A stretch of 32,560 nucleotides of DNA. It comes from Rhodospirillaceae bacterium. GTDB taxonomy: Bacteria; Pseudomonadota; Alphaproteobacteria; UBA11073. The notes below the pieces were generated by a model. The model was not told the origin of the DNA. It ran no database searches and worked only from the letters and a program-made list of their open reading frames with translations. Location of the stretch: positions 1 through 32,560 of the forward strand of contig DPZW01000045.1 of the NCBI GenBank assembly GCA_003536545.1, written 5' to 3'. Every line of letters starts with the position of its first letter. The first letter of the stretch is position 1. This document shows positions 25,480 through 32,560 of the stretch, piece by piece. The position numbers and the translations under genes are program-made.

Positions 25480-25875
25480 TTAAACGCGGCGGCGTTTCGG
25501 TGCACGCACACCGTTATGTGGCACTGGCGTCAAATCCTTGATCGTCGTAATGCGAAGACCAATTGATTGCAGTGCGCGCAGTGCAGACTCGCGGCCCGAA
25601 CCTGGGCCTGTCACTTCAACTTCAACCGTTTGCATGCCATGCTCCATCGCCTTACGGCCTGCATCTTCTGCAGCCATCTGCGCCGCATAGGGTGTAGATT
25701 TACGTGAACCTTTAAAACCTTTGTGGCCGGATGTTGACCAGGCCAAAACATTGCCTGCAATATCCGTCATCGTTACATGCGTATTGTTGAACGACGAATT
25801 AATTTTTGCCTTGCCAACCGGAACGTTTTTACGTTCTTTTTTCTTGGTCCGCGCTGCTGCTGATGGTTTTGCCAT
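25480..25875 (-). CDS. rpsK: 30S ribosomal protein S11
   Basis: It is 131 aa with the conserved S11 core (...[21 protein letters not shown]...[16 protein letters not shown]). Confidence 0.97.
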   Translation of the reverse strand: MAKPSAAARTKKKERKNVPVGKAKINSSFNNTHVTMTDIAGNVLAWSTSGHKGFKGSRKSTPYAAQMAAEDAGRKAMEHGMQTVEVEVTGPGSGRESALRALQSIGLRITTIKDLTPVPHNGVRAPKRRRV

Positions 25876-25889
25876 TTGTTCCCTGCTAA

Positions 25890-26270
25890 TTATTTCTTAG
25901 TTGCTACTTTTTTACCTGCGATTGGTTTCGCAGGGCCTTTGCGCGTACGCGCATTGGTGTGTGTGCGTTGACCACGCACTGGAAGACCTTTACGATGACG
26001 CAGACCGCGGTAGCAGGCCATGTCATTCAGGCGTTTGATGTTCATTGAAACTTCGCGACGCAAGTCACCTTCTACGGTATATTCCGCATCAATCACTTCG
26101 CGGATACGTAGAATTTCTTGTTCTGTCAGTTGATTCAGGCGACGCTCTGCCGGAATACCAACAGTTGCGCAAATCTGGCGCGAATGCGCCGGACCAATAC
26201 CCTGAATATAACGCAGGGCGATTTCCACGCGTTTTTGCGTGGGAAGGTTAACACCGGCAATACGTGCCAC
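25890..26270 (-). CDS. rpsM: 30S ribosomal protein S13 (GTG start)
   Basis: The N-terminus is [29 protein letters not shown] at 26270 has AGGAG 9 nt upstream. Confidence 0.97.
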   Translation of the reverse strand: MARIAGVNLPTQKRVEIALRYIQGIGPAHSRQICATVGIPAERRLNQLTEQEILRIREVIDAEYTVEGDLRREVSMNIKRLNDMACYRGLRHRKGLPVRGQRTHTNARTRKGPAKPIAGKKVATKK

Positions 26271-26318
26271 GAGGAGACTCCTGTTGATTTATGTCAAATT
26301 TGCAAATCGGAACCGCGT

Positions 26319-26346
26319 TTTATAAGGATTTTCAGGGCCTTGTCAA
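26319..26346 (-). promoter_or_regulatory. candidate strong sigma70-type promoter for rpsM-rpsK-rpoA
   Basis: The minus strand reads TTGACA (26346-26341), 16 nt, TATAAA (26324-26319). It lies about 48 nt upstream of the rpsM start codon. Confidence 0.45.
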
Positions 26347-26468
26347 ACAATTTAATTGACTTTTTTCAGAAATCTGGTCCATAGCCCCACTAAGGCTGGT
26401 CAAAGCTCCCCCACCCTGTTAAAACCCCGGAAATCAGTCAAAAACCCAGAATTTAGAGGCCTTCACCC

Positions 26469-26789
26469 ATGACATCCTTTCAAGACCGCAAAAACGCATT
26501 CGAGAACAAATATGCCAATGATCAGGAGATGTTGTTCCGCCTGGAATCCCGCGCCTCCAAGCTGTTTGGGCTGTGGGCCGCCGAACAGATGGGCCTTTCC
26601 GGCAGCGAAGCGGATGCCATGGCAGCCCAGACCGTAGCCGCCAACCTGGAAGAGGCTGGCCTGGAAGATATCAAGCGCAAGGTGAGAGCTGATTTCACCG
26701 CCAAGGGCATCACAGTGGCAGATTCAGCGATTGAATCAGCCATCACAGCCGCGCAAGACGAAGCACGCCGTCAACTGTTGGGCGAATAA
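26469..26789 (+). CDS. DUF1476 protein, F1-ATPase inhibitor zeta-subunit family
   Basis: The 106-aa protein MTSFQDRKNAFENKYANDQEMLFRLESRASKLFGLWAAEQMGLSG... closely parallels the N-terminal inhibitory region of the Paracoccus denitrificans zeta subunit as I recall it (MTTFDDRERAHEAKFAHD...LLGEWAA). Confidence 0.8.
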   Translation: MTSFQDRKNAFENKYANDQEMLFRLESRASKLFGLWAAEQMGLSGSEADAMAAQTVAANLEEAGLEDIKRKVRADFTAKGITVADSAIESAITAAQDEARRQLLGE

Positions 26790-26794
26790 TTGTT

Positions 26795-27190
26795 TTATTG
26801 AAACGGCTTGCCAACCAGGCCGGATGGCGTGGATGGAGCCAATCCGCCCGTAGCCTGATCACCCAATGCCTGTGAAAAACACTGGCTGACAATTTGAATC
26901 AGGCGCGGATCACTCATCATTGTTTTGCCAATCTCATCCTGCGATGCTCCCGCACCGGCACCTGCCGCCATGGAAGCCATTTCCTGTGCGCTCATTTGCT
27001 TTGAAATATTTTCGGATGTGCAGCGGCAATAGGCCTTTTGTTGCTGCGCAAAATTTTTGTCCGGCATAGACATGCATTGGCTGTAAATCTTCTGCGCAAC
27101 TTCGCGTGGATTGATGGTCTGTGCAGTTTGTGCGAACACGATACCTGAGATGGTTAAGGCAGAAAAGAAGATTGCGGCGTGGATTTTCAT
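26795..27190 (-). CDS. secreted/periplasmic hypothetical protein (four Cys)
   Basis: It has a signal peptide (MKIHAAIFFSALTISGIVFAQTA). Its ATG abuts the adk stop codon directly (TAAATG). I recognise no family. Confidence 0.65.
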   Translation of the reverse strand: MKIHAAIFFSALTISGIVFAQTAQTINPREVAQKIYSQCMSMPDKNFAQQQKAYCRCTSENISKQMSAQEMASMAAGAGAGASQDEIGKTMMSDPRLIQIVSQCFSQALGDQATGGLAPSTPSGLVGKPFQ

Positions 27191-27844
27191 TTATGCAATC
27201 TCGGAAAGAACATCATCAATCTGATTTGAAACTTCACCGATTTCAGCCATACCATCGACAGTACTCAAAATCCGCTTGCCTTCGTAATAAGGCAATATCG
27301 GTGTGGTCTGTTCACGGAAGGCCTGCAGGCGGATTTTCATTTTCTCAGGGTTATCATCCGGGCGCACCACAAAATGATCCCCACCACATTCATCACAAAC
27401 GCCCGGCACTTTGGTTGGCTGAAATTCTTTATGATAGCTCGCACCACAATCACCGCAGCTATAGCGGCCTTCAATCCGGCGCAATAAATCCTCTTCACGC
27501 ACTTGCAATTTAATTACACTGTCCAGTTTCAAATTCAGATCTGACAGCATTTTATCAAGGGCCTGTGCCTGCGGTACTGTGCGCGGAAAACCATCCAGGA
27601 TAAAGCCTTTGGCGCAATCAGGCTGGGTGATGCGGTTGCGGATCATTTCAATCATCAATTCATCCGGCACCAATTGTCCCGATGCCATGATTTCCTTGAC
27701 GCGCGACCCTATTTCATCTTCAGCTGCAATATGTGCGCGCAGCATATCACCTGTGGCCAGCTGACAGATATTATACATATGCGTGAGGCGGCGGGCCTGT
27801 GTGCCCTTACCTGCACCTGGAGGACCTAATAAAATCAGCCGCAT
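27191..27844 (-). CDS. adk: adenylate kinase (long form with four-Cys zinc LID)
   Basis: The P-loop is GPPGAGKGTQA. The LID reads CGDCGASYH...CDECGG. Its ATG abuts the secY stop codon. Confidence 0.96.
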   Translation of the reverse strand: MRLILLGPPGAGKGTQARRLTHMYNICQLATGDMLRAHIAAEDEIGSRVKEIMASGQLVPDELMIEMIRNRITQPDCAKGFILDGFPRTVPQAQALDKMLSDLNLKLDSVIKLQVREEDLLRRIEGRYSCGDCGASYHKEFQPTKVPGVCDECGGDHFVVRPDDNPEKMKIRLQAFREQTTPILPYYEGKRILSTVDGMAEIGEVSNQIDDVLSEIA

Positions 27845-29191
27845 TTATTTCGTGCCCCGCAAACGTGATTTTTTGATGAGCCCTTCATATTGATGTGCAA
27901 TCATATGCGAATGAATCTGGGCAACCGTATCCATCCCCACAGAAACCACGATTAACAAAGAAGTTCCACCAAAATAAAAAGGCAAGCCAAATTCGCCGAT
28001 GAGCAGTTCAGGCAAAAGGCAAACCATTACAATATAAGCGGCACCAATGACCGTCAGACGCGTAAGGACAAAATCAAAATAATCCGCGGTATTTTTGCCA
28101 GGACGGATACCGGGCACAAACCCACCATTTTTTTTCAAATTATCCGCTGTTTCCGTCGGATTAAAAATAATCGAAGTGTAGAAGAAACAGAAAAAGATAA
28201 TCAGCAAACCATAGATGGCCATATAGACCGGTTTGCCATGATGGAAATTTTGCGCGATCCATTGCATCCATTCCGGGCTATCGGCTGTTGTGAAGCCCGA
28301 AAGGGTCATGGGCAATGCCAGAATAGACGACGCAAAGATTGGCCCCATAACACCTGATGCATTAATTTTCAGCGGCATATGGCTGCTTTCGCCTGTGGTC
28401 ATTTTCATGCCCACCTGACGTTTGGGGTACTGAACCAGAACTTTGCGATGCCCCCGTTCCATGAAAACAATGAAGGCCAAAATCAATAATGCGCCAACAA
28501 ACAGAATAATGATTCCAAAAATCGGAATGGCACCCGTACGGCCCAATTCCAATGCTTGGCCGATGCCTTGTGGCAAGCCTGCAACGATACCTGCAAAGAT
28601 CAGCAATGAAATTCCGTTACCAATGCCACGGCTGGTAATCTGTTCACCCAGCCACATCAAAAACATGGTGGCGCCGACCAGCGTAATGACCGTTGAAATG
28701 ATAAAGCCTGCACCAGGATTAAGCACCGCAGCCGCGCCTCCTGGACCCGTCATATGCGTGAGGCCCACGGCAATTCCGTATGCCTGAAACGCTGCGATGA
28801 CCACAGTGAGGTATCGCGTGTATTCATTAATCTTCCGGCGGCCCTGCTCCCCACCTTCTTTGCGCAGCTGATCAATGGACGGAACAAGTGCGCCAACCAA
28901 TTGCATAATAATCGATGCAGAAATATAGGGCATGATGTTCAGGGCAAAAATCGCCATACGCTGCACCGCACCGCCCGCAAACATATCAAATACACCCAAC
29001 AAGCCACCAGCATTCTGCCGGAAAATTTCCTGCAACACGCCAACATCGATTCCGGGAATTGGCAAAAATGTGCCCAGGCGATAGACGATTAATGCGCCGA
29101 GAGTAAACCAAATTCTTTTATGTAATTCTTTTGCCTTACCAAACGAACCCATATTGAAATTCGCTGCCATTTGCTCTGCTGCTGATGCCAT
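27845..29191 (-). CDS. secY: preprotein translocase subunit SecY
   Basis: From ATG 29191 the protein reads MASAAEQMAANFNMGSFGKAKELHKRIWFTLGALIVYRLGTFLPIPGID... It has 10 TM helices. The ORF-track start (29251) adds 20 residues with no support. Confidence 0.95.
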   Translation of the reverse strand: MASAAEQMAANFNMGSFGKAKELHKRIWFTLGALIVYRLGTFLPIPGIDVGVLQEIFRQNAGGLLGVFDMFAGGAVQRMAIFALNIMPYISASIIMQLVGALVPSIDQLRKEGGEQGRRKINEYTRYLTVVIAAFQAYGIAVGLTHMTGPGGAAAVLNPGAGFIISTVITLVGATMFLMWLGEQITSRGIGNGISLLIFAGIVAGLPQGIGQALELGRTGAIPIFGIIILFVGALLILAFIVFMERGHRKVLVQYPKRQVGMKMTTGESSHMPLKINASGVMGPIFASSILALPMTLSGFTTADSPEWMQWIAQNFHHGKPVYMAIYGLLIIFFCFFYTSIIFNPTETADNLKKNGGFVPGIRPGKNTADYFDFVLTRLTVIGAAYIVMVCLLPELLIGEFGLPFYFGGTSLLIVVSVGMDTVAQIHSHMIAHQYEGLIKKSRLRGTK

Positions 29192-29280
29192 TCTTTTTCC
29201 GCCAAACTCGTAGTTAATAATTAGGAATAGCAGGAATATATGGGTTTGCAAGCTTTTCAGAGCAACCCTAAATCCCTGTT

Positions 29281-29317
29281 AATCATAAAGAAATATCCCG
29301 GCTTGCGGCCGGGATAT
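29281..29317 (-). terminator. strong hairpin plus U-rich tract between rplO and secY (attenuator or processing/stability element)
   Basis: ATATCCCGGC-(5 nt)-GCCGGGATAT is a perfect 10-bp palindrome at 29293-29317. On the minus strand it is followed by UUCUUUAUGAUU. Confidence 0.5.
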
Positions 29318-29339
29318 TGAAACATTCTTTCGATCTGGA

Positions 29340-29831
29340 TTATGCAGCGCGCGGTGCTTTTAACCAGGTCTTTTGCTCGATGATGCTTACGCTGCCACCA
29401 GCGGCTTCAACAGCCTTGATGGCTGATGCAGTCGCACCAGAAAGGTGCAGCTGAATCTTCGCTGTCAATTTGCCTGTGCCCAGCAAACGCACGCCATCCC
29501 GCAAATGGCGCACAACGCCAGCAGCTTTTAATGCTGCGCCGTCAACGGTTTTACTGGTATCGAGCTTCTTGGAATCAATAGCAGTTTGCAAACGCGCGAG
29601 CGTCACTTCAGACCAGACTTTGCGGTTTGGCTTATTAAAACCGATTTTCGGCAAGCGGCGGTGAAGTGGTGTTTGACCACCTTCAAAACCTTCGATGGCA
29701 ACGCCTGAACGTGCAGTTTGGCCTTTGCCGCCCCGTCCGCCAGTTTTCCCTTTACCAGAGCCGATACCGCGGCCAATGCGCATGCGTGATTTGCGCGCAC
29801 CTTTGTTATCTTTGATTTCATTCAGTTTCAT
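29340..29831 (-). CDS. rplO: 50S ribosomal protein L15
   Basis: The N-terminus [38 protein letters not shown] is typical of L15. Confidence 0.97.
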   Translation of the reverse strand: MKLNEIKDNKGARKSRMRIGRGIGSGKGKTGGRGGKGQTARSGVAIEGFEGGQTPLHRRLPKIGFNKPNRKVWSEVTLARLQTAIDSKKLDTSKTVDGAALKAAGVVRHLRDGVRLLGTGKLTAKIQLHLSGATASAIKAVEAAGGSVSIIEQKTWLKAPRAA

Positions 29832-29835
29832 TGTC

Positions 29836-30051
29836 TTACTCTTCCACTTTTACCAAATGGGCGACGGCATCAATCATGCCGCGCACAGAAGGTGTGTCTT
29901 CCAAAGTTTTGGTGCGGTGCAATTTATTCAGGCCCAAACCGATCAGGGTTTGACGCTGGTATTCTTTGCGACCGATCGGGCTGCCGACTTGCGTGACAGT
30001 GACTGTCTTGCCGCTTTTTGCCGCTGCCGGTTTTTTTGCTGTCTTAGTCAT
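29836..30051 (-). CDS. rpmD: 50S ribosomal protein L30
   Basis: From ATG 30051, with AAGAGG upstream, the protein reads [54 protein letters not shown]... It overlaps the rpsE stop by 8 nt. Confidence 0.93.
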   Translation of the reverse strand: MTKTAKKPAAAKSGKTVTVTQVGSPIGRKEYQRQTLIGLGLNKLHRTKTLEDTPSVRGMIDAVAHLVKVEE

Positions 30052-30664
30052 TTCCAGCCTCTTTCGTCTCATCAGATTTTGCTTCGTCAGAAGATTTAGC
30101 AGCACCATCGCGCGCAGTCAGCAATGCACCAACCTTCACGCCACGGCGTGCCGCGATTTGACGTGGCGAAGACGCCTGCCGGAGTGCGTTGAGCGTTGCT
30201 TTCACCATGTTGTGCGGATTGGATGTACCCACAGATTTGGAAACGACATCGCCGATGCCCAAAGCCTCGAATACTGCACGCATTGGACCGCCAGCAATAA
30301 TTCCTGTACCCGCAGGTGCTGCGCGCAGAATAACCTTACCTGCGCCGAAACGGCCTGTCAGGTCGTGGTGCAACGTACGGCCTTCACGCATGGGAACGCG
30401 GAAAAGGCTCCGCTTCGCTTGCTTGGTCGCCTTATCAATGGCTTCAGGCACTTCGCGCGCTTTACCGTGACCGCAACCGACGCGGCCTTTTTGATCACCA
30501 ACAATCACCAACGCGGAAAAGCGCATGGTACGACCGCCTTTTACGGTTTTGGAAACGCGGTTGATCGAAACCAATTTATCGATCAGGCCATCGTTTTCTT
30601 CTTCCTCGCGGCGCGGACGGCGATCATTGCGATCGCGTTGTTGTTTTTGTTGTGGTTCAGCCAT
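30044..30664 (-). CDS. rpsE: 30S ribosomal protein S5 (with charged N- and C-terminal extensions)
   Basis: The conserved core is present ([46 protein letters not shown]). Confidence 0.97.
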   Translation of the reverse strand: MAEPQQKQQRDRNDRRPRREEEENDGLIDKLVSINRVSKTVKGGRTMRFSALVIVGDQKGRVGCGHGKAREVPEAIDKATKQAKRSLFRVPMREGRTLHHDLTGRFGAGKVILRAAPAGTGIIAGGPMRAVFEALGIGDVVSKSVGTSNPHNMVKATLNALRQASSPRQIAARRGVKVGALLTARDGAAKSSDEAKSDETKEAGND

Positions 30665-30673
30665 TTATCTCTC

Positions 30674-31042
30674 CTAAAACTTTACGCCGCCGGCACGTGC
30701 AGCTTCTGCAAGTGCCTTTACGCGGCCATGGAATTTGAATGCGCCTTTATCAAACACAACTTCAGTCACGCCTTTTTCCTTGGCGCGCTTGGCAATCAAT
30801 TCGCCTACAGCCGTAGCCGCCGCGATATTGCCTTTGTTTGACTTGCGCAAATCTTTTTCCATTGTGGATGCAGCTGCCAGCGTAATGCCTTTGGTGTCAT
30901 CAATCAGCTGCACTGAAATATGGGTTTCGGTACGGTGAACCGACAAGCGAATGCGGCCAGAATTATCTGCTTTAATCCGGCGACGAACACGCGCAGCGCG
31001 TTTAGCCGTACGGACATTGTTAAGACGAATTGCGCGACTCAT
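30674..31042 (-). CDS. rplR: 50S ribosomal protein L18
   Basis: It is 122 aa with [18 protein letters not shown]...[26 protein letters not shown]. Confidence 0.97.
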   Translation of the reverse strand: MSRAIRLNNVRTAKRAARVRRRIKADNSGRIRLSVHRTETHISVQLIDDTKGITLAAASTMEKDLRKSNKGNIAAATAVGELIAKRAKEKGVTEVVFDKGAFKFHGRVKALAEAARAGGVKF

Positions 31043-31575
31043 TTTTTCTTACCTTCTTTACGCAGGATGACTTCATCGTCGTAACGGATACCTTTACCTT
31101 TATAAGGCTCAGGCTCTTTATACGCACGAATATCTGCAGCCAATTGGCCGACTTGTTGTTTATCGAAACCAGTGACGGTCACTTCAGTCTGTTTATCTAC
31201 CGCAATCTGAATGCCTTGGGGCACCGGAACCCGAACTTCGTGAGAGAAGCCCAAAGACAGAACCAGATCCTTGCCCTGCATCGCTGCACGGTAACCTACG
31301 CCTGAAATCAATAATTTCTTGCTGTAACCCGTGGAAACACCTGTGACCATATTATTGACCAGTGTGCGCGACAGACCCCATTTCGAGCGGCCTTCACGTG
31401 ACTTTTTATCGTGCGGCATGACTGTGATTTTGCCGTCAGCCAATGAAACCTGAACTTCAGGGTCCAGAGTCTGCGTCAACTGACCCAGTTTGCCTTTGAC
31501 AGAAACCGTGTTGCCATCAACTTTGGCTTCAACACCAGATGGAAGTGCAACAGCATGCTTACCAATACGTGACAT
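31039..31575 (-). CDS. rplF: 50S ribosomal protein L6
   Basis: The N-terminus is [31 protein letters not shown]. It is 178 aa. Its stop overlaps the rplR start in ATGA. Confidence 0.97.
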   Translation of the reverse strand: MSRIGKHAVALPSGVEAKVDGNTVSVKGKLGQLTQTLDPEVQVSLADGKITVMPHDKKSREGRSKWGLSRTLVNNMVTGVSTGYSKKLLISGVGYRAAMQGKDLVLSLGFSHEVRVPVPQGIQIAVDKQTEVTVTGFDKQQVGQLAADIRAYKEPEPYKGKGIRYDDEVILRKEGKKK

Positions 31576-31586
31576 CTGCGCCTCCC

Positions 31587-31985
31587 CTAGAATACTTTGC
31601 CAAGCACTTCGCCGCCCACATTCTGTTCGCGCGCTTCGCGATCAGAAAGAACACCCTTGGGTGTGGACAGGATAAAGATACCTAGACCGTTATAAAATTT
31701 TGCGATTTTACCAATACCAGTATAAACGCGGCGACCTGGCGTCGATACACGGTCCAGTGCCTTAATCACAGGCGCGCCGCTATCATACTTCAGCTCGATG
31801 TTCACATCCGCGCGGCCTTTGCTGACCTCTTTGCGGCTGAACGTGCGAATGTAGCCTTCACGTTGAAGGACACCCAAAACATTTTCTACGTATTTAGACG
31901 CAGGTGCAGAAATAACCTGCAGGCGAGCCTGCTGACCATTTCTGATACGTGCGAACAAATCACTAATAGGATCACTGATAGACAT
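31587..31985 (-). CDS. rpsH: 30S ribosomal protein S8
   Basis: The N-terminus is [22 protein letters not shown]. It is 132 aa. Confidence 0.97.
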   Translation of the reverse strand: MSISDPISDLFARIRNGQQARLQVISAPASKYVENVLGVLQREGYIRTFSRKEVSKGRADVNIELKYDSGAPVIKALDRVSTPGRRVYTGIGKIAKFYNGLGIFILSTPKGVLSDREAREQNVGGEVLGKVF

Positions 31986-32003
31986 TATCCGATATCCCCT
32001 TTC

Positions 32004-32309
32004 TTACCAGGATGATTTCTGAACGCCAGGCAACATGCCTTCGTTCGCGAGTTTACGTAACATGTTACGGCTGAGACGGAATTTGCTGTACACACTGCGT
32101 GGGCATCCGGTCAGTTCGCAACGATTTCTGTAGCGGTTTGCTGCGCCATTGCGCGGCAATGCTGCCAGTTGCTGTGTTGCTTCAAAACGTGTTTCCAAAT
32201 CTGCTTTACGGTCGTTTGCAACCGCTTTCAGCTTTGCGCGTTTCGTCGCAAATTTTTTCACCATTCTGGCGACTTTGTTATTTTTATTTACGCGTGAGAC
32301 TTTTGCCAT
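32004..32309 (-). CDS. rpsN: 30S ribosomal protein S14 (long form)
   Basis: It is 101 aa and ends [24 protein letters not shown]. Confidence 0.97.
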   Translation of the reverse strand: MAKVSRVNKNNKVARMVKKFATKRAKLKAVANDRKADLETRFEATQQLAALPRNGAANRYRNRCELTGCPRSVYSKFRLSRNMLRKLANEGMLPGVQKSSW

Positions 32310-32323
32310 TTGCTCTCTTGCTC

Positions 32324-32560
32324 CTATCGGTCAGTGAACGGCAGGTTGAAACCGTCCAGCAAAGCCCTTGCTTCCTGGTCAGTATTTGCCGTTGTACAAA
32401 TCATGATGTCCATTCCGCGGATCTGCTCGACATCGTCGTAATTGATCTCTGGAAAAACAATCTGCTCTTTCAAGCCCATGGCATAATTGCCGCGGCCATC
32501 AAAACTTTTCGGTGAAATGCCACGGAAGTCGCGGATACGCGGCATAGCGACGTTCACCAT
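32324..32560 (-). CDS. rplE: 50S ribosomal protein L5, C-terminal part (5' end beyond the window)
   Basis: The sequence ...[52 protein letters not shown]... is the conserved L5 C-terminal half. Confidence 0.95.
   Translation of the reverse strand: MVNVAMPRIRDFRGISPKSFDGRGNYAMGLKEQIVFPEINYDDVEQIRGMDIMICTTANTDQEARALLDGFNLPFTDR

Noticed and set aside
29966-30841. A 291-aa plus-strand ORF. Similar long antisense ORFs occur at 14637-15317, 15327-15830, 24959-25483, 10972-11409 and 3234-3707.
   Set aside because: Each lies entirely antisense to a strongly conserved gene (rpsE/rplR, suhB, rpoA, the RND adaptor, the OMF). They have low-complexity or Arg/Cys-rich translations and no RBS, so they are shadow ORFs of the real genes.
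1-32560. CRISPR arrays, tandem repeats, IS elements and rRNA genes.
   Set aside because: Reading through the intergenic spacers showed no regularly spaced direct repeats. All spacers are 223 nt or shorter. I saw no terminal inverted repeats flanking a transposase-like ORF and no rRNA-like sequence.

Overview
This is a gene-dense chromosomal segment that looks alphaproteobacterial: it has a DUF1476/zeta ATPase-inhibitor gene, an infA-maf pairing, and long N- and C-terminal tails on S5. About 44 genes are present and nearly all lie on the minus strand. I found no CRISPR array, transposase, integrase or phage genes.

Gene order from low to high coordinates:
- prfB, with an intact programmed +1 frameshift.
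- A divergent small membrane histidine-kinase-like gene.
- A long minus-strand run of envelope genes that starts at tRNA-Phe (read high to low): a tiny Cys/Met-rich lipoprotein, an M48 metalloprotease lipoprotein, an RND adaptor, an RND pump, an FtsX/DevC-type ABC permease, an ABC ATPase, a HlyD adaptor, a NodT outer-membrane factor, and a lipoprotein.
- An orphan hypothetical protein with a structured upstream leader.
- maf-infA-suhB-efp, divergent from epmA.
- ctaA.
- Two tandem atypical GGDEF genes.
- lepA-nfeD-nusG-secE-tRNA-Trp.
- The distal spc/alpha ribosomal cluster: rplE(partial)-rpsN-rpsH-rplF-rplR-rpsE-rpmD-rplO-secY-adk-[two inserted genes]-rpsM-rpsK-rpoA-rplQ.

Most worth a second look:
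- The single operon that joins an RND pump and an ABC pump to one outer-membrane factor.
- The micro-lipoprotein with a duplicated CCQKM motif, translated 18 nt after tRNA-Phe.
- The orphan protein with possible SAM-hydrolase (DUF62) collinearity, together with a pseudoknot-capable RNA upstream of it.
- The tandem GGDEF pair, one of which has a decayed active site.

All functional calls come from reading the translated ORFs and recalling family motifs. No database search was run.
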